A model generated the notes under the pieces. The model was not told where the DNA came from, did no database searches, and saw nothing but the letters and a program-made list of their open reading frames with translations. From NCBI GenBank assembly GCA_003450815.1, contig DMES01000077.1:17681-81680 (forward strand): 64,000 nucleotides of DNA. The letters are read 5' to 3'. Position numbers and translations under genes: made by a program. Below, in pieces: positions 52,016 to 61,878 of the stretch (its first letter is position 1; the number at the start of each line of letters is the position of its first letter). Source of the DNA: Elusimicrobiota bacterium (GTDB lineage Bacteria > Elusimicrobiota > Elusimicrobia > Elusimicrobiales > UBA9959).

Positions 52016-52709
52016 CCGCCTCTTCTTCGGGTTTCTCTTCCACTTCCGGCGGCCTTAGTAGTACCACAAACTCGCCTTTAAGCACGGCTTTGGCTTCCAG
52101 ATCCTTTAAAACACTTTGCGCCGTGCCGGAAAGCCATTCTTCGTATACTTTCGTGAGTTCACGGGCCAGCACGGTCCTGGTTTCCGCGCCGAACTCCGAT
52201 ACCACCATAGCCAGAAATTTCCGTATCCTGTAAGGGGACTCGTAAAGGATAACGGTTTTGCCGGTTTGAAAGGCGCTGTCAAGGGACTTTTTGATTTTAC
52301 CAGATGAGCGCGGCAGAAAACCCAGAAAAACGAAGGAATCCACCGGCAGGCCCGAACCGGCCGCCGCTGTTATCAGGGCCGAGGGACCGGGCAAAACTTC
52401 TATTTTTATGGCTTTTTCCCTGGCAAGCGCCACCAGCTTTCTGCCCGGGTCTGAAATGCAGGGCGTTCCGCCATCGGTCACCAGCGCTACTTTTTTACCC
52501 AGTGTCAGCCAGCTCATGGCTTCGGCAATTGAGCGTTCGCTGTGCTCGTTGTAGCGGAAAAGTTTTTTCGTCACTCCGTAATGGTTCATCAGCGCCAGTG
52601 TGCGGCGGGTATCCTCGCAAAACACGGCGTCGGCTTCCTTAAGCGCGTCAAGCGCCCGAAAGGTAAGGTCTTTGAGGTTTCCTATAGGGGTTGGAACGAT
52701 ATAGAGCAC
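51990..52709 (-). CDS. rsmI: 16S rRNA (cytidine1402-2'-O)-methyltransferase
   Basis: LYIVPTPIGNLKDLTFRAL and CEDTRRT. Confidence 0.9.
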   Translation of the reverse strand: MLYIVPTPIGNLKDLTFRALDALKEADAVFCEDTRRTLALMNHYGVTKKLFRYNEHSERSIAEAMSWLTLGKKVALVTDGGTPCISDPGRKLVALAREKAIKIEVLPGPSALITAAAGSGLPVDSFVFLGFLPRSSGKIKKSLDSAFQTGKTVILYESPYRIRKFLAMVVSEFGAETRTVLARELTKVYEEWLSGTAQSVLKDLEAKAVLKGEFVVLLRPPEVEEKPEEEADEPEGYGE

Positions 52710-52804
52710 GGTGGTTTTTGCCTTGGGGAGAATTTTCGGAAAAAAACTTCAACTTGTGACCTTCGGGTTAAATCAATCCGCTAAACTGCTGCTCATCTAA
52801 ATTG

Positions 52805-54037
52805 CTAGGTTGCTTTGTCACCCTGCCATTGGCCGTTTTCCAGAAGCATAAAGGTCTCCACCACCTTCGGGTCAAACTGCCGGCCCGCGCCTTTGGTAAG
52901 CTCGCCCTCGGCCTGCTCGCGCGAAAGGGCCTTGCGGTAGGGGCGGTCGCTCATCATGGCGTCCCAGGCGTCAATGGTGGCCACTATCCTTGCGCCCAGC
53001 GGTATTTCTTCGCCTTTCAGCCCCTCTGGATAGCCCATGCCGTTGTACCACTCCTGGTGATACAGCACCATCTGGGCAACAGGCCCCAGAAAATGTATGG
53101 GTGAAAGTATCTGGTAGCCGATGGAGGGATGTTTTTTTATCTCGTTATATTCCTCGGGCGTAAGGCGCCCGGGCTTAGCAAGAATCGCGCCGTCTATGCC
53201 TATCTTGCCTATGTCATGCAGGAGCGCCGCGTATTCCACATAGCGGATCATCTGCTCCGGCATATTAAGCATTTCGGCGAGCTTTCTGGCTTTCTGGCGG
53301 GCCCGGCCCGCGTGGTCGCCGGTGTAGGCGTCTTTGGCGTCTATCACACGGGCCAGCGTCTGCACCATTTCCAGATAAAAATTCTCAATGCTCTCATAAA
53401 GTTTTATGTTTTCAAGCGTAACCGCCGACTCACCGGCCAGCAGGGTGAGAAATTTAAGGTCATAGTCCGTAAATGATTCTTTTTCGCGGGAAAGGTGCAG
53501 GTTCAGCACGCCGAAGGGCTTGTCTTTGACTTTCAGCGGTACGGCTATAAAAGGATCTTTTTGTTCTTCTTTGCCGAGGAAATTCTTATACTGCGTGTTT
53601 TGCTGCGGGTCGGTGACGAAAATGGTTTCCCCGGTCTGGAAGGCGCGGCCAGCGATGCCTTCACCTGGTTTTATAACCGTAGATTCAATAACTTCGCGGG
53701 AGATATTTTTTGAGGCCACTATTTTCAGGTTGCCCGCGGCCTGGTCAAAAACCATCAGCGAGCCGCGGGGTGAATGTATGAGGTCTCCTGCGCATTCAAG
53801 CACGGTCTGGTAAAACTCCTCTTTCTTTATGCTGCCGGCGTTTACCGTGCCGATTTCGTGTATTGTGAGCAGGCTTGTAAGCAATTCGTCAAATTTGGAC
53901 CAGGTGATTTTCAGTGCAGCGCCGCTGTCGCCGCTTTCTTTAGCCGGGGTTTCCAAACGCGCTGCGTAGAGTTTCTTGAGAAGCAAAGACATAACGATAA
54001 GCAAAGCCACTATCACAGCCGACAGGATATAGGTCAT
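52805..54037 (-). CDS. membrane-anchored GAF + HD-GYP domain protein
   Basis: One N-terminal TM, a GAF-like middle region, HDIGKIGI and GMGYPEGL. Confidence 0.85.
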   Translation of the reverse strand: MTYILSAVIVALLIVMSLLLKKLYAARLETPAKESGDSGAALKITWSKFDELLTSLLTIHEIGTVNAGSIKKEEFYQTVLECAGDLIHSPRGSLMVFDQAAGNLKIVASKNISREVIESTVIKPGEGIAGRAFQTGETIFVTDPQQNTQYKNFLGKEEQKDPFIAVPLKVKDKPFGVLNLHLSREKESFTDYDLKFLTLLAGESAVTLENIKLYESIENFYLEMVQTLARVIDAKDAYTGDHAGRARQKARKLAEMLNMPEQMIRYVEYAALLHDIGKIGIDGAILAKPGRLTPEEYNEIKKHPSIGYQILSPIHFLGPVAQMVLYHQEWYNGMGYPEGLKGEEIPLGARIVATIDAWDAMMSDRPYRKALSREQAEGELTKGAGRQFDPKVVETFMLLENGQWQGDKAT

Positions 54038-54171
54038 TTTTCAAGGATAGCAAAAACAATTCAGGAAGGGCAACTCCGAAAATCGTGAACGGATAAAATA
54101 TCCGTTCGCGATTTTCGGATCAACGTCTGTCGTGTTTGTCAAAAAGGCTTTATAATGAATATAATCAAGTA

Positions 54172-54894
54172 ATGGACAACGGTTCCCTGAAAGTTGTGGT
54201 GCTTGGCGCCGCCGGCCGCATGGGCTCCGAAGTGCGGGCCCGGCTTGCGCTTTCAAAAAACCTCGCTTTTTTTGCCGGAGTGGACACTTCAGGGGGACCG
54301 GATATAAAACCGCCCTCAGATTTCCCATCTTTGATAAAATTGGCGGACCTGGCGGTGGATTTTTCCGCCCCGGCGGCTTCGCTTGAATTCGCCCGGACCT
54401 GCGCCGGCGCGCGAAAAGCGGTTGTAATAGGCGTAACAGGCTTCAGCGCCGCGCAGATGACGGAACTGAAAACTCTTTCCCTAAATACTGCTGTTTTTTA
54501 CTCTCCCAACATGAGCCCCGCAGTCAACCTTACTTTTGCGGTGGCGGCCCTAATGGCCGGAAAACTTCCCGATTTCGACCGCTGCATCATTGAAACCCAC
54601 CACGCGGCAAAAAAAGACGCCCCCAGCGGCACCGCGCTTAAATACGCCGAGCGTATGGAAAAAGCCTGCGGCTCCAAAACACCGATCTCTAGCGTTCGCG
54701 CGGGGGACATAGTGGGCGAACACACCGTGCTTTATGCCGGCCCCCACGAGCGGGTGGAGCTTACTCACAGGGCGCATTCCCGCGCGGTATTCGCGGCGGG
54801 GGCGCTTAGCGCCGCGCTCTGGCTTTACGGGCAAAAACCCGGTTTCTATGACTTCTTAGACTTGCTCGGCCTGAAGGAGTTGGAATTAATATGA
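54172..54894 (+). CDS. dapB: 4-hydroxy-tetrahydrodipicolinate reductase
   Basis: VVVLGAAGRMGSEV and ETHHAAKKDAPSGTA. ATG 54172 preferred over the ORF-track start 54136. Confidence 0.9.
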   Translation: MDNGSLKVVVLGAAGRMGSEVRARLALSKNLAFFAGVDTSGGPDIKPPSDFPSLIKLADLAVDFSAPAASLEFARTCAGARKAVVIGVTGFSAAQMTELKTLSLNTAVFYSPNMSPAVNLTFAVAALMAGKLPDFDRCIIETHHAAKKDAPSGTALKYAERMEKACGSKTPISSVRAGDIVGEHTVLYAGPHERVELTHRAHSRAVFAAGALSAALWLYGQKPGFYDFLDLLGLKELELI

Positions 54895-56057
54895 TCGGCC
54901 CCTCTTTAAGCTCCAATATGAACGCTTTTCCTCCATATCTTTTCAAGGAACTGGACAAGCGGAAGCAGGAGGAGTTAAAAAAAGGAAAGGATGTCATTTC
55001 GCTCGCGGTAGGCGACCCCGATCTGCCCACACCGCGGCCTATAGCCGATTTTGCCGCGCGCGAAGTTAAAATGTCCTCCAATCACAGATATCCTTACGGC
55101 TGCGGCTCAGCCCGCCTGCGCAAGGCCATAACGGCCTGGCATTACAAAAGACACGGCCTTAAGCTTGATTATGAAACAGAGGTGACGGTTTTGATAGGTT
55201 CAAAGGAGGGGCTTGCGCATTTGCCTTTTGCCCTTCTTGACAGGGGAGACTCCGCCCTTATACCCGATCCCGCTTATCCGGCCTACAAAACAGGCGTTCT
55301 GCTTTCGGGAGCGCGTGTGGAGCGCCTGCCACTGAAAGAGGAAAACGGTTTCCTTCCTGATTTTGGGGCGGTAAGCCGCTCAGCCATGCGCCGCGCTAAA
55401 ATGCTTTTCCTCAATTATCCCAACAACCCCACGGGGGCCTGTGCCGACGCGGCCTTTTATAAGGAAGCGGTGGCCTTCGCGAAGAAAAACAATCTCTGGC
55501 TGGCGCATGACGCGGCATACAGCGAAATTTATTTTAAAAAACCCTCGCCCAGCATCCTGTCCGCCTCGGGCGCGCGCGATGTGGCTGTTGAATTTTATTC
55601 GCTTTCTAAAACCTATTGCATGACCGGCTGGCGCCTGGGCTGGCTTATAGGCAATGCCCGGGCCGTGCAGGCGCTTGCCAAGCTGAAAGAGAATATAGAC
55701 TCCGGGCAGTTTAACGCCATACAGGAAACCGCGGCTTTCTGCCTTGAGAACCACGCCGGCCTGGTAAAACCTATAAGGGAAACTTTCAAACACCGCACCG
55801 AATTTTTTGCCGGCGAACTTAAAAAAGCCGGCTGGAACCTTATTGAACCGGAAGCAGCCTTCTTCGTATGGGCGCGTCCGCCCGCAGCGCGAAGCTCGCT
55901 TGCCGCTGTTTATGAAATTCTGGAAAAGACCTCGGTGCTTGCCACTCCCGGCAGCGGGTTTGGCGATTCAGGAAAGGGTTTCGTGCGGTTCTCGCTCTGC
56001 GCCCCTGACGCCCGCATTAAAGAGGCGGCCCGGCGCCTGGCAGGGATAAAATGGTAA
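54891..56057 (+). CDS. dapL: class I aminotransferase, probable LL-diaminopimelate aminotransferase
   Basis: The N-terminus FPPYLF..LAVGDPDLPTP and the PLP-Lys context YSLSKTYCMTGWRLG fit DapL (recalled). ATGA overlap with dapB. Confidence 0.7.
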   Translation: MIGPSLSSNMNAFPPYLFKELDKRKQEELKKGKDVISLAVGDPDLPTPRPIADFAAREVKMSSNHRYPYGCGSARLRKAITAWHYKRHGLKLDYETEVTVLIGSKEGLAHLPFALLDRGDSALIPDPAYPAYKTGVLLSGARVERLPLKEENGFLPDFGAVSRSAMRRAKMLFLNYPNNPTGACADAAFYKEAVAFAKKNNLWLAHDAAYSEIYFKKPSPSILSASGARDVAVEFYSLSKTYCMTGWRLGWLIGNARAVQALAKLKENIDSGQFNAIQETAAFCLENHAGLVKPIRETFKHRTEFFAGELKKAGWNLIEPEAAFFVWARPPAARSSLAAVYEILEKTSVLATPGSGFGDSGKGFVRFSLCAPDARIKEAARRLAGIKW

Positions 56058-56074
56058 TTATGGTACTATAATAA

Positions 56075-56215
56075 GTAGATAGAATTCAGCAGTCAGAATT
56101 CAGAATAGCGGAGTTTTTATCGTTGCCGGCATTTTCATTCTGACTAGCCTATGGCTGTGCCGTAACAAACGCTATGCGTATAAGACGGCCTCCTGAATTC
56201 TGACTTCTGACTACC
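56075..56215. repeat. inverted array, AGTAGAT AGAATTC AGCAGTC AGAATTC family
   Basis: Left arm 56075-56112, right arm 56192-56215. Confidence 0.85.
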
Positions 56216-56232
56216 TGGGCGGCAACTAAATT

Positions 56233-57162
56233 ATGACTAAAATTGAAATCATCAACTGGCTTATATTCGCCCTGGCGCTTCTTTCGGCGGGGGCGGTAGT
56301 GGCGGCTTACTTTAAAAGTTATTCCATAATACGGCCGCCCAAGCGGCGCACGCCGGTGGTTTTCTCGCCCGATCAGTTCGGGTTGGCTTTTGAAACCATT
56401 GATTTCACCACCGTTGACGGCCTGCAATTGAAAGGCTGGTTTATACCGGCAGTCGGAGGCGAAACTGAAAAAACCATCGTCCTCTGCCACGGCTGGGGGT
56501 CAAATCGCGGCGAGCTGATGCGCGACACGCATTTCCTTGCTGAAAAAGGCTTCAACCTTTTTTATTTTGATTTCAGGGCCTCCGGCGAAAGCAGGGGCGT
56601 GATCTCAAGCGTGGGCTATCTTGAAACCAGGGATTTTGACGCCGCTTACGCGTTCCTTAAAACCCACAGGCCCATGGCATCCGAAGAAACCGGGGTTTTC
56701 GGAACTTCAATGGGCGGTTCGGTGGCCATTTACGCGGCCGCCAAGTACCCTGAAATAAAGTGCCTGCTGTCGGAAAACACCTTTCTCTCTTATACCGGGG
56801 TGGTGGCCAATTGGAGCTGGCTGCGCATGAAAATTCCCTATTGGCCGATGCTTGCAATGACGCTTTTTTTTGTGCGATTGAAGCTTGGAGTAGACCCCGA
56901 GCCTTACAGCCCGGTTCATAATATAGGCCGGGTTAAGCTGCCGGCACTGTTCATAAACGGCGACCATGACGACCTGGTGCCGCTGGCAGACGCCGAAAAA
57001 CTTTACGGCCTGTGCCCGTCTGCAAAAAAGCGGATGTGGGTGATAGCCGGAGCCTCCCACGGCAAATGCGCCGAAGTGGGGGGGGAAATATACAAAGGCA
57101 AGGTAGGCGAGTTCTTTATGGAGAACCTGGCCGAAGCCCCGGAACCGGCGCAGAAAGCGTAA
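56233..57162 (+). CDS. alpha/beta hydrolase with N-terminal TM anchor
   Basis: HGWGSN and the nucleophile elbow GTSMGGS. Confidence 0.75.
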   Translation: MTKIEIINWLIFALALLSAGAVVAAYFKSYSIIRPPKRRTPVVFSPDQFGLAFETIDFTTVDGLQLKGWFIPAVGGETEKTIVLCHGWGSNRGELMRDTHFLAEKGFNLFYFDFRASGESRGVISSVGYLETRDFDAAYAFLKTHRPMASEETGVFGTSMGGSVAIYAAAKYPEIKCLLSENTFLSYTGVVANWSWLRMKIPYWPMLAMTLFFVRLKLGVDPEPYSPVHNIGRVKLPALFINGDHDDLVPLADAEKLYGLCPSAKKRMWVIAGASHGKCAEVGGEIYKGKVGEFFMENLAEAPEPAQKA

Positions 57163-57193
57163 TTAAAATTTTAGCCGCAAAAATTTTAGTAAC
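57161..57193. promoter_or_regulatory. AT-rich palindrome element (copy 3, degenerate)
   Basis: AAAATTTTAGCCGCAAAAATTTT. Its reverse complement aligns with AAAATTTTTGCGGCAAAAATTTT of copies 1 and 2. Confidence 0.6.
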
Positions 57194-57203
57194 CAAAGTC
57201 ACA

Positions 57204-57233
57204 TTGACAGGTTCGCTTGGACATTTGTAAGAT
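57204..57233 (+). promoter_or_regulatory. promoter TTGACA-N18-TAAGAT
   Basis: 55 nt upstream of ATG 57289, which has AAGGAGG. Confidence 0.55.
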
Positions 57234-57288
57234 AGCATACGGTTGCCAGAAGTTTTTTGCATTGGCAGCCGACCATTAAGGAGGAAGA

Positions 57289-58536
57289 ATGAAAAGAGTA
57301 TTAGCAGCGATTGCTTTGCTGGGGGGGCTTTCTCTATCGGCAAGCTCGGCGTTTGCCTGGGATTATTTTTACACCGGAGCCCAACACGGGAATGTTTTTG
57401 GAACATACAAGGTTAATGTAAATCTTGATGACTACCTTCCCTTACAGTCCGGCGGCTCGGCCAAGGCCATGGGCATGGGCGGCGCTTATACCGCTATTGC
57501 CAGCGATCTGGGCGCGGTGGAATATAACCCAGCCGGTCTGGCCCGTATCAGCCATGTTAATGTTTCAGCGCTGGCCACTGCCAATCGCACAACAACGATA
57601 GGCGCGCAGGGAGAAAAAACCTCCAGTTGGAAAATAATCCCCACTTATGCCGGCGCGGCCCTGAAAATAGGACCGATAGCTGTCGGTCTCAGCAAAGAAG
57701 TTCCGCAGTCAAAAAGCACATATATCAAGTTTGCTTCAACTCAGCGCAATATCCGTGCGCCGGACGGCTGGGTTATGTCCTATGACACTTTGAGCGATAA
57801 AATGGACACTAGCGCCCTTGATACTTATGTCCTTACCGGCGCCATTAAACTGGGGCGGTTATCTGTCGGCGCTAACTATAATTCTATTAATGGTGAGATT
57901 AAGCGCGAATTCAGCGGCAGGGTCACCACTCCCCAGAGATATTACTGGTGGAATACCGGCGGCGTTATGAACAATCAGTTCCAAGCTACCAACACCGTGG
58001 GGCTTAAAGGATATACAATAGATGTCGGCGCTTTGATTGATATGGGTATAATCCGCTTGGGTGCCACCGCCAAAAACTTCAAGGGCAAAGTGGATGTGAC
58101 GCAGAAGATGCACTGGAAAGACAACTTTGATATGGGCAGCAACAACTTCTTCGTGTGGAACCCCGCCCAGACCAAGAACACCATGACCGAGTTCGCGCCT
58201 ACCTATTCAGCCGGCGCGGCTCTTCTTCTAGGGAAATTCATCACGGTTGACCTGGACTATGTCACCATAAACCTGCAGGATTCCAATAAAGCCCTTGGCC
58301 GACTTGGAGCCGAGGTCGCTGTTATCCCCGGATTCCTGTTCGCGCGCGGCGGCGTGAAATCCGACTTCAAGAGCGTTGTTCAGGGTCAGAACAACAAGAC
58401 CAATGAATACTTCCTCGGCGCTGGGCTCAAACTGGTTGCCCTGACCGTGGACGCTTCCGCCTCGCTCACGCAGGCGCAGGCCGGCTCAAGCGGCGGCGAT
58501 ATGACCGGCGCAGTTAGCGCCTCATTGAAGTTCTAA
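57289..58536 (+). CDS. outer-membrane beta-barrel protein (PorV/FadL-like N-terminal motif)
   Basis: Signal peptide ending SAFA. GMGGAYTAIASDLGAVEYNPAGLA motif. C-terminal SLKF. Confidence 0.55.
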   Translation: MKRVLAAIALLGGLSLSASSAFAWDYFYTGAQHGNVFGTYKVNVNLDDYLPLQSGGSAKAMGMGGAYTAIASDLGAVEYNPAGLARISHVNVSALATANRTTTIGAQGEKTSSWKIIPTYAGAALKIGPIAVGLSKEVPQSKSTYIKFASTQRNIRAPDGWVMSYDTLSDKMDTSALDTYVLTGAIKLGRLSVGANYNSINGEIKREFSGRVTTPQRYYWWNTGGVMNNQFQATNTVGLKGYTIDVGALIDMGIIRLGATAKNFKGKVDVTQKMHWKDNFDMGSNNFFVWNPAQTKNTMTEFAPTYSAGAALLLGKFITVDLDYVTINLQDSNKALGRLGAEVAVIPGFLFARGGVKSDFKSVVQGQNNKTNEYFLGAGLKLVALTVDASASLTQAQAGSSGGDMTGAVSASLKF

Positions 58537-58573
58537 TCTGTAGCCGTCGGACGGCCTAAAGCTGCCGCGGCAA

Positions 58574-58609
58574 TTAACCCGGAAAATTCAACTGAATTTT
58601 CCGGGTTAA
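58574..58609 (+). terminator. 16-bp stem / 4-nt loop hairpin downstream of the OMP gene
   Basis: TTAACCCGGAAAATTC-aact-GAATTTTCCGGGTTAA. No clear U-tract. Confidence 0.5.
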
Positions 58610-58621
58610 CAATTTACCACA

Positions 58622-59281
58622 ATGGAAACCCAGAAATTTGAGATTTACGCCCCGGTGCGAAACACCATAAATAGCGCTTTGGGTGTGGTTGTAAAAACCG
58701 CCGGTGAGAACATCACCATACAGCCACAGTCTGGCGAGCGCATAACCTTTCGCGCCCAGTACCTGGCGCCGGCCTCCGCAACCGAAGCAGCCACCCTGGC
58801 GCCGCTTATAGCCCTCCTAAAACGCGAAGAAGAGGAACGCAACAAGCCCAAAGCCCCGCCGGACCCTGCAATTATCCGCGCCGAGTTCGATAAATTCCTG
58901 CATCACATAACCGTGCGCTACCCGGCCTCGGGCGAAGCCTTCAAAACCTTCTGGCTGGATGTGCTGGCCGCCGCCGGCGACCTGCCCGGCCAGACCTGGG
59001 AAATGAAACCCAACACGGCAAAACACCCCGGCCCGGTGCTTAAGGTTTACAATACCCCCACAGGGAAATGGGTATACTGTCTTACTTTTATGGCCGGCTG
59101 GGGCCTGCGCATGGAGATAAAAAAGGAATTCCTACCGACCGGCTACGAACATCTTTTTCCAATAGACCACGCCATGTTCGGCGCAGGCCGCGCGGTGGAG
59201 CTGGTTTATTCAAAACTCCCCGCCGAAAAGCAGAAGCTATACCTGGACTGCGTGAAAGCCATATACAAAAAAACAACATAG
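58622..59281 (+). CDS. hypothetical protein
   Basis: 219-aa ORF; no motif recognised. Confidence 0.5.
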   Translation: METQKFEIYAPVRNTINSALGVVVKTAGENITIQPQSGERITFRAQYLAPASATEAATLAPLIALLKREEEERNKPKAPPDPAIIRAEFDKFLHHITVRYPASGEAFKTFWLDVLAAAGDLPGQTWEMKPNTAKHPGPVLKVYNTPTGKWVYCLTFMAGWGLRMEIKKEFLPTGYEHLFPIDHAMFGAGRAVELVYSKLPAEKQKLYLDCVKAIYKKTT

Positions 59282-59353
59282 GTGGAACTGCTGGGCCGCA
59301 ACAATCCCAACATACTGCTTCTTAAACTGCGGTAACCGATATTAGGGGGATAA

Positions 59354-60178
59354 ATGAAAATAATTAATCGCTGCATAAAATATGACCGTGCCGCCATTAT
59401 GGCAACAACTTCGGGATTCATACTTAACCCGCAATCCCTTGATTACCTGCTGAAGCATGTGGAAAGCCACCCCATACCGCAATTCACCAAATTTAGAAAA
59501 AAACTTCTGTCTCTCTTGAAGCATAAATCCCGTCCGGCCACTGATTCGAAAAAGCTAACCAGGATACTTTCTGCGCTGCCAACCCTAAAAAAAGACCCGG
59601 AATTGGGTATAGCTGCGATTTCAAAACTGACAGAGCTTCTCAGTCTACACATCATACCCGCTCAAAACAAAAAAATCCGCATTAAATGCGAAGATTACTA
59701 CAAGTGCTGTGTACTCCAGTGTCTTATCCTTAAAGCGTTGATCTCAGTTATGCCACGCAAAAAAGCTATCGAGTATTTCGGAAAATTCATAACAAAGCAT
59801 AACTCTACTTTTAAACTTATGAAACTTAAATATGTCGTGGAAAAGCTTAATCTCCATGTCTCCGTAAAAAAGGGGCCGCTTAAGAACGGGGCGGTTTTCC
59901 TCCAGGCAGTGACTGGAGACGGTCGCGCAGTAATGAAAATTACCCGCTGCCGTCCGGCCGAGGTAGTGTTGAAAGAGGTGAAGGATCCGCAGATAGTGCA
60001 TGCGGTTATTTGCCAACCGGATTTTGCTATGACAAAATTAAGTAACCCCGCCTTTGAACTAACCCGTGAGAAATCCCTTGTCCTCGGTATGCCCTATTGC
60101 GGTCATGTTTGGCATGACCGGCGCCTTCACAAGGCAATAAAACACCCATCGCACAAATTCTGGCAAGAATTGAACTGA
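59354..60178 (+). CDS. hypothetical protein (C-terminal Cys pattern reminiscent of the ATC-hydrolase family)
   Basis: AT-rich 274-aa ORF. The C..(DP)..C..D....L.R..SL..G...C pattern is recalled only, not searched. Confidence 0.45.
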   Translation: MKIINRCIKYDRAAIMATTSGFILNPQSLDYLLKHVESHPIPQFTKFRKKLLSLLKHKSRPATDSKKLTRILSALPTLKKDPELGIAAISKLTELLSLHIIPAQNKKIRIKCEDYYKCCVLQCLILKALISVMPRKKAIEYFGKFITKHNSTFKLMKLKYVVEKLNLHVSVKKGPLKNGAVFLQAVTGDGRAVMKITRCRPAEVVLKEVKDPQIVHAVICQPDFAMTKLSNPAFELTREKSLVLGMPYCGHVWHDRRLHKAIKHPSHKFWQELN

Positions 60179-60220
60179 CCAGATGTATCTTACTTAATTC
60201 TACAGCCGCATTTTGCTCCT

Positions 60221-60346
60221 GTAGTGGCAAAGCTTGCTTTGCCCTTTTACGCAGTCGCGGACAGCGCCAGAGGCCCGCGACAGGCCAGTGTCACTGCCAC
60301 TACGCACCGAACGAGGGTTATCAGTGAAAGATACACGGGTTCACCG
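60221..60346 (-). repeat. structured repeat family, copy 3 (inverted relative to copy 1)
   Basis: The reverse complement reads CGGTGAACCCGTGTATCTTTCACTGATAACC..GTAGTGGCAG...GGGCAAAGCAAGCTTTGCCACTAC. Confidence 0.75.
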
Positions 60347-60530
60347 GCTATTTACGGAAAATCGCCTTTAAAAGCGATTACAGGGACAAAGTACCCATGA
60401 GTGAATGGGTCCAAATACCCTGGATACCGCAGGCCCTGCCGGATATACTATATTCACAATCCTACTGTAATTTGGCGGATTTTTCAGGCGCCAAAGTATC
60501 TACGACCCGGCCTTAACCGGGTGTATCCAG

Positions 60531-60563
60531 GGGAAGCGGAATCAAAAACGCTTTCCCTTTTTT
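60531..60563 (+). terminator. intrinsic terminator-like hairpin
   Basis: GGGAAGCG..CGCTTTCCC followed by TTTTTT. Confidence 0.55.
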
Positions 60564-60616
60564 GTTTGAAAAGCAGTTCTCAAAATGGCAGAATATAAAT
60601 ATATTAGGAGAGTAAC

Positions 60617-60823
60617 ATGAAACTCAATGACAAAGTGTTGGTGTTTTTTTTGGTTTCGGTGGGTATTTTTTCTGCAACACAAGCAAAGCAGTATATAGCA
60701 TCCTTGTCAACAAAGGGGAAGAACACTATTTTGTCGGTTGCCAAAAAGGCTAATTCTCAACATATTTTGTTATGCAGTGGAGTGACGAATTTATCCGCCG
60801 CTGATACTGGAGAAGGTGGATAG
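60617..60823 (+). CDS. small secreted/hydrophobic-N-terminus peptide (68 aa)
   Basis: AGGAGA 6 nt upstream. N-terminus VLVFFLVSVGIFSATQA. The C-terminal 45 aa are Ser/Thr/Lys-rich with a single Cys and end in GEGG. Confidence 0.6.
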   Translation: MKLNDKVLVFFLVSVGIFSATQAKQYIASLSTKGKNTILSVAKKANSQHILLCSGVTNLSAADTGEGG

Positions 60824-61020
60824 TCAGTGCTACGGTCTTCTTTTATTGTGCCGCCTCCATCAACAGATTCCCATCAGGTGATAAAAGCAGTTCGTTGAAA
60901 GGATGCCAGGTTTTCTTGTAGTCCTAAAGCAGTCCCCGGCTCCCGTCGGGAACGTTCCGGTTGTGGGGGCAGTTGCAACTATTTCCTATCAGCGCAATAA
61001 CAGGGCGCTTTTCTTAAACG

Positions 61021-61878
61021 GTGGCAAATAAAATAACCGAGTTGGGCGTTTTGGTAGGATATGCGTGCAATTTTGCATGTGCGCATTGTATCACAGCGCG
61101 AGAAAAGAGAGAAAAACTCACTTCCGCAGAGATCAGACTGCTAATTTCCCAAATAAACAAACATACGGTTAAATCGCTACTGTTTGTCGGTGGCGAAACC
61201 AGTCTATATGTACGAGACATTAACACTATCTTGTTAGGCATACGCAAATTGGATGCGACTAAGGTAAAAATTACCACGAACGGGCATTTCGCGATTACCA
61301 AAACGGCTGCAAAAGAAAAGATATTGTCTTTTCACAGACTAAACTCGGTACAACTTTCTTATGATAAGTTTCATGCGGAATTTCTGCCGTTTCGAAATGT
61401 GAGGAATCTTTATGCCGCATGCAAGGATTTGGGATTAGAATTTAGCGTAATTCTGACCATCGAATCCCCACTGGATATTGTATATGCCAAAAGATTATGG
61501 GGTGTAGGAAAATTCCCCATAGGAATACAAAAGGTATTGCAGATCGGAAAAGCTGTCTCAAATAAGAACGCGTATGTTTTTCCTAGTTTTGATAAAAAGG
61601 TTTTAAAAAGATCCTGCCCGAATCTCAATAGAATTAAGTATCTTCCAGGCCAAGGGTTCAGTATATGCTGCTCGTTGCTTGCTTATAAACATGCTGACAA
61701 CTTCACGCACACTTCTCTTTCTAAACACTTGCGCAGCAGGTTTTATGGACTTGTTTCCAAGTATTCATTCGGCGAAATTGCTCACCTATTAAACATTAAT
61801 GTCAAAAATCTAGAACCACGTTATTCGCACGAATGTAATTTGTGCGAGTATATTTTTAAGAAAGGGCGGCAATCATGA
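61021..61878 (+). CDS. radical SAM enzyme with C-terminal SPASM/twitch-like Cys motifs
   Basis: CNFACAHC (CX3CX2C) at residues 16-23. C-terminal CPNLNRIKYLPGQGFSICC and CNLC. GTG start. Confidence 0.7.
   Translation: MANKITELGVLVGYACNFACAHCITAREKREKLTSAEIRLLISQINKHTVKSLLFVGGETSLYVRDINTILLGIRKLDATKVKITTNGHFAITKTAAKEKILSFHRLNSVQLSYDKFHAEFLPFRNVRNLYAACKDLGLEFSVILTIESPLDIVYAKRLWGVGKFPIGIQKVLQIGKAVSNKNAYVFPSFDKKVLKRSCPNLNRIKYLPGQGFSICCSLLAYKHADNFTHTSLSKHLRSRFYGLVSKYSFGEIAHLLNINVKNLEPRYSHECNLCEYIFKKGRQS

Noticed and set aside
60401-60598. 65-aa ORF between repeat copy 3 and the small peptide gene
   Set aside because: It has no RBS, spans a terminator hairpin and gives a low-information sequence.
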